From Candidatus Caldarchaeum sp. (lineage in GTDB: Archaea > Thermoproteota > Nitrososphaeria_A > Caldarchaeales > Caldarchaeaceae): a stretch of DNA of 50,099 bases. Where the stretch lies: contig JAWBKB010000012.1 of the NCBI GenBank assembly GCA_038831915.1, forward strand, positions 1 to 50,099. Direction: 5' to 3'. Numbering within the stretch: position 1 is the first letter of the stretch; every line of letters starts with the position of its first letter. A program made the position numbers and the translations under genes. Positions 39,734-46,705 of this stretch are shown here, one piece after another. The notes beneath the pieces are model-generated. The model did not search any database, was not told the origin of the DNA, and saw only the letters and a program-made list of their open reading frames with translations.

Positions 39734-40518
39734 CTCTATCCCTTTCCTCTCTCCCCCCATTTCACCAGGCTCTCAGCTTAAGGTCTAAAGGTTTGTCACG
39801 GAGAATCAGCTCGGCACTGCTTAGCTCTATATTGTTTGTTGGGTTAGATCGAGTCTACTAGGTTTTAAGGTGTTCTTCAGGGTTATCGTATTCTTGGATG
39901 AAGGCGATGTGGTGGACGACTTCTCCCTCACCTTCCCCGTATCCACGTTGACGGTCAATATTTTGCCTCCTTATGTACCAGAGCTGTTTGACCGTCGAAC
40001 ACTATGGAAGACAGCTTCATGTTTGTTTCAAAGGCTCTTATAACCTGTCCTCCATAAATTTGTAAAAATGCTTCTAATCTTTCCCATCTGGTTCTGTATG
40101 TGAGGCTTAGCGAGGCTCCTATCTTCCCCCATATTTACACTTGGGCATAGCCATTTTGTCCTACATTGCTTTGTGCGCAGGCGAACATTTGTCCACTTGA
40201 AAGACTGTAGCCAGTCAATGCGTTGCCACCTTTGTATGTTTCAGCACCCTTGAAAGGCGGCCAAGACTTGTCGATTCTAATGATTGAATAGCGCACGGGA
40301 TAAGTAATCATGCTGTGAGAAGGGCTATAACAATGGAATGGACATATTTTCCATCAAGTCGGACAGTAGAATCAAGTTCTACGAGCTCTCATGGGAGTTG
40401 TAGCAGTTACTCCTAAAGGCAACATCAGCTCGAACAGTAGGCAATGCAGATATTCAACAGATAACACGTTTCCTATTATTTAAATCCAACCGAAAAATTT
40501 ATATAGCAGGACGCCTTG

Positions 40519-40594
40519 TAGCGGGGGGTGGACTCGAACCACCGATCTCCGGGTTATGAGCCCGGCGGGTTTTACCTGGCTACCCTACCCCGCT
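40519..40594 (-). tRNA. Initiator tRNA-Met(CAT)
   Basis: AGCGGGG...CCCCGCTA with A1-U72 pair, anticodon arm CCGGG-CTCATAA-CCCGG (three consecutive G-C pairs), T arm GGTGG-TTCGAGT-CCACC. Confidence 0.95.
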
Positions 40595-40616
40595 TCGTTG
40601 AGGATGTGTGTGTGCA

Positions 40617-40630
40617 TTTATTTAAGTTTC
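40617..40630 (-). promoter_or_regulatory. BRE/TATA box of tRNA-iMet
   Basis: Minus strand GAAAC-TTAAATAAA, with the TATA box 23-31 nt upstream of the tRNA 5' end. Confidence 0.6.
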
Positions 40631-41424
40631 AGTGGGGTTGGGATGGTGGGTTGTTTTTGAGTGATCGTTGTTGGTGGGTTGTTCCTAAGGCTTAGTGGCG
40701 TGATGTGTTTTTCAAATTTTATGTGTTGTTTGGGTTTTATGCTCGCTATCCAGTGGGGTTTTGCGGTGGTGTCTTGGGTGGGTTTGTGGGGGTGAAGCTC
40801 GTCCACGTGGTTTGGGAGTAGCCTCTGTACTGCAATATTTTCGGCCTTTCTAGCCCTCGCTATGTGAGCTGTAACGGTTTCACTACCATCTTGTTGCTAG
40901 GGCCTAGAAAGCGGGTATATCGGGGCCACAACGTGATCCTTCTTCCTCGAATGGGTTATTTGTCTCGACGGAGGCTTCTTGAACGTGGACATCTCGACTA
41001 TCTTGAGCACAGGCTTTTAACCTTGGCAAGCTGGCCTAGGTCTTTGACGTTTGCGCTAATTGGTAGGGTTAGTAGGGCCTGCGATTTTGGAGAGTTTCGT
41101 TTGGGGAGGTTGTGGCCTGTCCGCAATATCGATAGCCTTTCTCCCCTCTCTGTCGAGGAGTAGAAGATCCACATCTTTTTTAGCTGGTCTCTCCGCAAGC
41201 CATGAACTCATCCCTGCCGCAACAATTTTGATCTCACTTCTAAGTTGAGTCCATGCATGTCATGCTGTTGAATTTCCCTGAAGTGGTTGCGAGGGTTACG
41301 AGTGTCTCGAAGAGGCTGGAAAAAGCCTCCCCATGGATATGGAAGCCTAAAGAACCTATACAAGCTTGAAACGGTGCCCAGACTTGGTCAGGTCCTGAAG
41401 GCCGTCACCAATACTCTAGCAGTG

Positions 41425-41784
41425 TCACTTCATCAGCGTCCTCATCGGTCTTAGCTCTCTTCTGAGAGGGTCGAGGACGAGCCCGAATATTTCAAGCGTT
41501 ACCGATCCTAACAAATTTTCATCTTCAGCTTCGCCAAGAAGAACAGGTGTGTGGTATTCACCAAAACTTGGAATCTCTATCGACGCCTCAGAAAGCTTCC
41601 TCCTTATTATAGAGCCGTCCGCGAGAATCAGCTCCACCTCCCTCCTAGGGGTGAGGCCGAGCTCTCGCCAAACGTCCTGCCGTAGCGTCGTATACGTAGC
41701 TCCAGAATCCACAAGAAGGTTTACCCTAACCTCCTTGCCTCCAGCCCTGACGTATGCCTCAACGTAAACCAGACCCATCTCCAA
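41425..41784 (-). CDS. Retropepsin-like (clan AA) aspartic protease, small archaeal type
   Basis: LLVDSGATYT active-site motif, LADG, LLGSVTLE..GLVLDP. Confidence 0.85.
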   Translation of the reverse strand: MEMGLVYVEAYVRAGGKEVRVNLLVDSGATYTTLRQDVWRELGLTPRREVELILADGSIIRRKLSEASIEIPSFGEYHTPVLLGEAEDENLLGSVTLEIFGLVLDPLRRELRPMRTLMK

Positions 41785-41879
41785 AATACGTGAAAAGTTG
41801 CAGTTAAATTAACATTGCCCACAGGTCGGTCGGTTTGGTACGACTTTGTTGGAGGCGGTTTATCTATATTCCTAAACTA

Positions 41880-41917
41880 TATGGCCCGGCGGGTTAACCT
41901 GGCTACCCTACCCCGCT
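41880..41917 (-). repeat. Displaced duplicate of the tRNA-iMet 5' half (att-like direct repeat)
   Basis: AGCGGGGTAGGGTAGCCAGGTTAACCCGCCGGGC-CATA versus the intact tRNA AGCGGGGTAGGGTAGCCAGGTAAAACCCGCCGGGCTCATA. Confidence 0.9.
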
Positions 41918-42041
41918 GTCATATTTTTAAATGTCGTCGCTGAATTTATTCTTGGCATTTTATATTTTTTGGGTGTTTTTCTTCCCGCAAGCTTTTTGTG
42001 AGCGGTAGATTTTTGCGGCAAACCCGAAGCCGTTGAAGAGC

Positions 42042-43577
42042 TTAGGCGGTTGTTTTTGGTCGTCTGATTTTGCCGAGTCCCGCTGGTTCTAGGTTGAATA
42101 CTATTGTTTTGAGGACCATCATTTCTTCGATGGAGTAGCCGATGCCCTCTCTGCCAATGCCGGAGTCTTTCACACCGCCGAATGGGAAATAGCCTACGCC
42201 GTGTCTTGGAAAATCGTTGACGGTGACTTCTCCCACGGTCAAGCCTTTGGCTATTTTCCACATCTTGTAAAAGTTGTTGGTGAAAACGGCAGCGTCAAGT
42301 CCGTAGCGGGAACGTGAAGCGATAGAGAGGGCGTGTGACTCGTCTTCGACCGCCATGATTGGAATCACGGGGCCAAATGTCTCTTCCCAAACTATCAAAG
42401 CTTGTTCGGGTACTTTGTCTAAAACCGTTGGTTGATGATACGCTGCTTCGTAGCTTCCACCAAGCAATAGTTCGGCGCCTTTTTCAACGGCGTCTTTGAC
42501 CATGGAGTTTACGCGTTTTGCGGCGTGCGCGCTGACAAGTGGTCCGACTTTTGTGGTTGGTTCACGTGGGTCGCCGAGTCGCCAGTTTTCGGCGTAGTGA
42601 ACAACCCTTTCGACGAATTCTTCTGCCACTTTCCGGTCGACGAGAATCATGCTTATTGCATCGCATCTCTGCCCAGCGTTTCTGAGCGCGCCTTCAACGC
42701 ATTTGCTTGCTGCGAGCTCTATGTCAGCGTCATCCAACACTATAGCGTATCCTTTTCCACCCAGTTCAAGGTGCAGGCGCTTATTCGCAGCGTTGGCTGC
42801 AATATCTTTTCCCGCTTCTGTGCTGCCTGTGAAAGAAATCATACCGACTTCGGGATGACTCGCGATGGCTTTCCCAACTTCAGCTGAGCCTGTCACAACG
42901 TTAAAAACACCATCGGGTAGGCCGGCGAGTTGAAGAACCCGAGCAAACAGCAGTAAAGATAATGGTGTTGAGCTCGCCGGCTTGGCCACCACTGAGTTCG
43001 CGCCCAAAATGGCTGGAATTATTTTAGCGCCTGGAATAAACAGTGGATAGTTGAACGGCCCTATCGCTCCTACAACTCCTACCGGTTCTCTCAAAACTAT
43101 TGCGATTTTTCCAACGGTATCAGGCGACCAGTCGCCGGGAATGTACTCGCCGCTAATTTTTCGTGCATCTTCCATCGCTAGCCGCAGTCTTTCAGCCAAT
43201 GCGTTTACTTCACCGGGTGAATCCGCTAAAGGCCGTCCCATCTCATAAGTAATTGCTCTCGCGAAGTCTTCGACATGATTTTTCAACAGCTTCGCCGCCT
43301 CCTCCATGATTTCGATACGGTCAATGGCAGCGAGCGAACGTACTTTCCTCTGATTTTCCTTCGCTGATTTTACAGCTTTATCAACGTCAACGGCGGTGCA
43401 TTTTTGAACTTTGGCGATTGACGAGCCGTTGACCGGTGAAATCAAGTCAAATGTCTGAGAAGGCTTTCCGCCCCAGGTGCCTTCTATAAAGGCTTTGAAA
43501 ACAGGAAAACCGTCTTCATCTTCCTCGTAAATGTCGGAAAATATCCTACTAAATTCAAGCTTGAGCTCGTTCTGCAT
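42042..43577 (-). CDS. gapN: Non-phosphorylating glyceraldehyde-3-phosphate dehydrogenase (archaeal GAPN-type ALDH)
   Basis: PFNYP, FTGS, LELGGK, GQRCDA, EETFGP, PRHGVGYFPFGG. Confidence 0.82.
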   Translation of the reverse strand: MQNELKLEFSRIFSDIYEEDEDGFPVFKAFIEGTWGGKPSQTFDLISPVNGSSIAKVQKCTAVDVDKAVKSAKENQRKVRSLAAIDRIEIMEEAAKLLKNHVEDFARAITYEMGRPLADSPGEVNALAERLRLAMEDARKISGEYIPGDWSPDTVGKIAIVLREPVGVVGAIGPFNYPLFIPGAKIIPAILGANSVVAKPASSTPLSLLLFARVLQLAGLPDGVFNVVTGSAEVGKAIASHPEVGMISFTGSTEAGKDIAANAANKRLHLELGGKGYAIVLDDADIELAASKCVEGALRNAGQRCDAISMILVDRKVAEEFVERVVHYAENWRLGDPREPTTKVGPLVSAHAAKRVNSMVKDAVEKGAELLLGGSYEAAYHQPTVLDKVPEQALIVWEETFGPVIPIMAVEDESHALSIASRSRYGLDAAVFTNNFYKMWKIAKGLTVGEVTVNDFPRHGVGYFPFGGVKDSGIGREGIGYSIEEMMVLKTIVFNLEPAGLGKIRRPKTTA

Positions 43578-43658
43578 GTTGAAACATGATGAAACTTAGG
43601 TAAAAAGGATTGACCTAATTGTTAACTGTGCTGTTGTTCGGTGCTGATGTTTCGAAGT

Positions 43659-45137
43659 TCATCCTTTGACAACTCCTATCGGGACAAGACGCGCGACTTT
43701 TGTCCCCATTCCTACTTGATGGCTTACTTCAACGACTTCGTCGACGGATTTGTAGGCGGCGTCAACTTCTTCAACGACTGTCTCCATGCTATCTCCTTTG
43801 ACATAGATTCCGCGACTTTCGAGTTCTCGGATGACTTGGTCACCTCTGTATTTCCGTTTGGCTCCGCTTCTACTCATTTCACGGCCGGCGCCATGTGCCG
43901 TGCTCCCAAAGCTTAAGGTCATCGCTTTCTGATTGCCGAGCAACACCCAGCTCGCAGTGCCCATCGAGCCTGGTATCAGAACGGGTTGACCGATTTCCCT
44001 ATAGATTTGCGGGATCAGCGGATGGCCGGCGGGGAAGCTTCGCGTCGCACCTTTCCTGTGAACAAAAACGTCGATGTCGCTGCCGTCGACCTTGTGTCTT
44101 TCAAGTTTAACGATGTTATGACAAACGTCGTAGACTATTTGCATCCCCATCTCGTCGGCCGGCTTTTTGAACACTTGTTCGAAGCTCTGTCGTACCCAAT
44201 GACTTATGGCCTGTCTGTTCGCGAAAGCAAAATTCACCGCGCATCCGAATGCTTTGAGATACTGTGCTGCTTCTGGACTGTTAGCAGGTGTACAAGCCAG
44301 TTCCCTGTCTGGAAGCCTTAATCCGTATTTCGTCACAGCGCGCTCCATCACACGCAGGTAGTCGCTACAGATTTGATGACCATATCCGCGGCTTCCACAG
44401 TGAATCAGAACAGTTATCTGCCCTTCCTGAAATATGCCCATAGCTTTGGCGGCTTTTGGGTCAAATATTTTGTCGACACGCTGGATTTCCAGGAAATGGT
44501 TGCCGCTGCCGAGCGTGCCTATTTGTGATTCTCCGCGGGCCTTCGCTTCCCGTGAAACGAAGGACGGGTCCGGGTCGGGGATGCTGCCTGTTTTGTAGCT
44601 TGGATAACGGCCTTCCTCCTCCATACGTCTAAAGTCGTCAGACCATCCTAAACCATATTTTTCGATTATGTAGCGGGCGCCTTCCAAAGCGACGCGGTCA
44701 AGGTCTGAATGCGTTACGACGAAATCTTTCCGGCGGGAGCCGAGACCTGCGGGGACATTGCGGAAAACAGTGTTGACGAGCTCTATGATTTTGGGCTTGA
44801 CGTCGTTTACTGTGAGGTTGGTTACCATGAGCCGGACGCCGCAGTTGATGTCGTAGCCGACACCGCCTGGTGAGATGACGCCTTCGGTTGCGTCCATGGC
44901 TGCAACTCCACCGATGGGAAAGCCGTATCCTTCATGCGCGTCTGGAAGCACTATGGCTTGTTTGACGATGCCTGGAAGGGACGCGACGTTCACCGCTTGT
45001 TCAAGCGTCCGGTCTGTTTTCATTTTCTCCAACAATTTCTCGGATGCATACACTATGACTGGAACCCGCATGTCTCTTCGGTATGACTGCGGAATACGCC
45101 ATACGTTGTTATCGATTTTTTCAAGCGGTGGGGCCAT
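43659..45137 (-). CDS. rtcB: tRNA-splicing ligase RtcB
   Basis: PDAHEGYGFPIG, GYDINCGVR, GSGNHFLE, HRKGAT, PGSMG, STAHGAGR. Confidence 0.96.
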   Translation of the reverse strand: MAPPLEKIDNNVWRIPQSYRRDMRVPVIVYASEKLLEKMKTDRTLEQAVNVASLPGIVKQAIVLPDAHEGYGFPIGGVAAMDATEGVISPGGVGYDINCGVRLMVTNLTVNDVKPKIIELVNTVFRNVPAGLGSRRKDFVVTHSDLDRVALEGARYIIEKYGLGWSDDFRRMEEEGRYPSYKTGSIPDPDPSFVSREAKARGESQIGTLGSGNHFLEIQRVDKIFDPKAAKAMGIFQEGQITVLIHCGSRGYGHQICSDYLRVMERAVTKYGLRLPDRELACTPANSPEAAQYLKAFGCAVNFAFANRQAISHWVRQSFEQVFKKPADEMGMQIVYDVCHNIVKLERHKVDGSDIDVFVHRKGATRSFPAGHPLIPQIYREIGQPVLIPGSMGTASWVLLGNQKAMTLSFGSTAHGAGREMSRSGAKRKYRGDQVIRELESRGIYVKGDSMETVVEEVDAAYKSVDEVVEVSHQVGMGTKVARLVPIGVVKG

Positions 45138-45177
45138 GTTATTTCACACCTGTTACATGCTCTATCGTTACTGCGAT

Positions 45178-46404
45178 TTAAAGACTTGTCAACGCTTCAC
45201 GAAGTGATTTAGGTGGTTTGTTTAAGTATTTGGCAATGATTTCAGTGTTGGGGTCTTTTAAGGCGTGACCGGTTGCAATGCAGACAACGCATGAGTCTCT
45301 ATCTAAATCGCCCTGTTCTACAAGCTTTTTGACTCCGGCGAGAGAAGCAGCGGACGCTGGCTCAACGCCGAGTCCAACTTCGACAGCCAGAACACGTTGA
45401 GCCTCGAGAATCAGGGCGTCGCTCACTTTTTCCACAAGACCTTCAGATTCGCGAATCGCTTTCAATGCTTTTTTCCAGTTGACCGGCTTCCCTATCCGTA
45501 TCGCGGAAGCTATCGTGGATGGATTTTCGACGGGCCTCAATACGGTTTCACCGCGTTTCACCATGTCGACGAAAGGTGATGCTCCTTCGGCTTGGACGCC
45601 TATCATCCGTGGTGGGATGTCGACGAGACTGAGTGTTTGTAATTCTTTGAAGCCTTTCCAGATGGCTGAAATGTTTCCACAGTTTCCAACGGGAACTGAA
45701 ACGCAATAGTCAGTCGACTGTAAGTCACTCCACAACTCATACGCTAAAGTTTTCTGACCCTCGATACGCCATGGATTAACTGAATTCAAGATATACACGT
45801 CGGAGCCGGCGTCAGTCGAAAGGACAGAACTCAGAGCTTTGTCGAATCCCTCTGAAATTTGTACAGTTCTCGCTCCATGCAAAACTGTTTGGAAAAGCTT
45901 TCCAGCGGCTACCCCTCGTTTTGGAACTACAACCACGGCCTTAAGCCCAGCCGCCGCCGCATAAGCAGCCATCGACGATGAAGTGTTGCCCGTCGAAGCG
46001 CAGACCACCGCTTTCTTTCCCAGTTCAAGGGCCTTCGAAACTCCCACACTCATCCCCCTGTCCTTAAAGCTACCAGTGGGGTTCAGCCCTTCGAATTTGA
46101 CGTAAAGTTTCCTAACACCCGCCCATTTCGCGGCTTTTTCCGCCTCATAGAGCGGTGTCCCACCTTCCTTCAGCGAAACCACTCGACCCTTGACCGGAAT
46201 GACTTCCGCAAAACGCCAAATAGTTTTTTCACGGACACTCCATTTTCCGGCAAGTTCTCTTCCATTAATTTGTTCCATCGAAGAGATTTGTATTTCGAGA
46301 AGCGAACTGCATTTACAACATGAATATATCACTTGACTTTCTGGGTAAACGGCTTCACATGAAATACATTTCTGTATCGCTTCGACGTTCAAACTAAGAC
46401 CCAT
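45178..46404 (-). CDS. thrC: Threonine synthase
   Basis: N-terminal CxxC..CxxC, EGGTPL, NPTGSFKDRG, ASTGNTS, EGQKT, TGHALKDP. Confidence 0.93.
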   Translation of the reverse strand: MGLSLNVEAIQKCISCEAVYPESQVIYSCCKCSSLLEIQISSMEQINGRELAGKWSVREKTIWRFAEVIPVKGRVVSLKEGGTPLYEAEKAAKWAGVRKLYVKFEGLNPTGSFKDRGMSVGVSKALELGKKAVVCASTGNTSSSMAAYAAAAGLKAVVVVPKRGVAAGKLFQTVLHGARTVQISEGFDKALSSVLSTDAGSDVYILNSVNPWRIEGQKTLAYELWSDLQSTDYCVSVPVGNCGNISAIWKGFKELQTLSLVDIPPRMIGVQAEGASPFVDMVKRGETVLRPVENPSTIASAIRIGKPVNWKKALKAIRESEGLVEKVSDALILEAQRVLAVEVGLGVEPASAASLAGVKKLVEQGDLDRDSCVVCIATGHALKDPNTEIIAKYLNKPPKSLREALTSL

Positions 46405-46405
46405 T

Positions 46406-46603
46406 TCAGTAGATAAGTATCAGAACAGCGCCTATTACCAGGAGAAGAGTGAAGAAAGTCGTCAAAGCACCAATCAACGGCATGGATGCAAAAGTTGTGG
46501 TGGCCAAACTGTAGGTTAGGTATGCGGAGCCTGCTAAAGCCATACTGCCAACGGCTTTCATGGCCATACGGATAACGGTCTTTAACGAAACCAAGTCTGC
46601 CAA
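46406..46603 (-). CDS. Small hypothetical membrane protein
   Basis: 65 aa with two hydrophobic helices; stop 1 nt before thrC; TATA-like sequence upstream. Confidence 0.5.
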   Translation of the reverse strand: MADLVSLKTVIRMAMKAVGSMALAGSAYLTYSLATTTFASMPLIGALTTFFTLLLVIGAVLILIY

Positions 46604-46705
46604 TTATTGCACTCACATCAATATATAACGTCGTCGTTTCTCCCGGTCATTTAACAGGTCGATTCTCAAAGAATATAAGCAAAGCATATTCATGAGTTTG
46701 AGGAG

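Noticed and set aside
41060-41260. Possible remnant of a PD-(D/E)XK or integrase gene (minus-frame KDVDLLLLDREGRKAI)
   Set aside because: Too short and degraded to assign; no tyrosine-recombinase motif is visible.
43659-45137. rtcB as part of a dedicated system with the nearby tRNA half or intron-containing tRNAs
   Set aside because: RtcB is the standard archaeal tRNA ligase and is co-oriented with thrC and gapN in core context. Proximity alone is not evidence.
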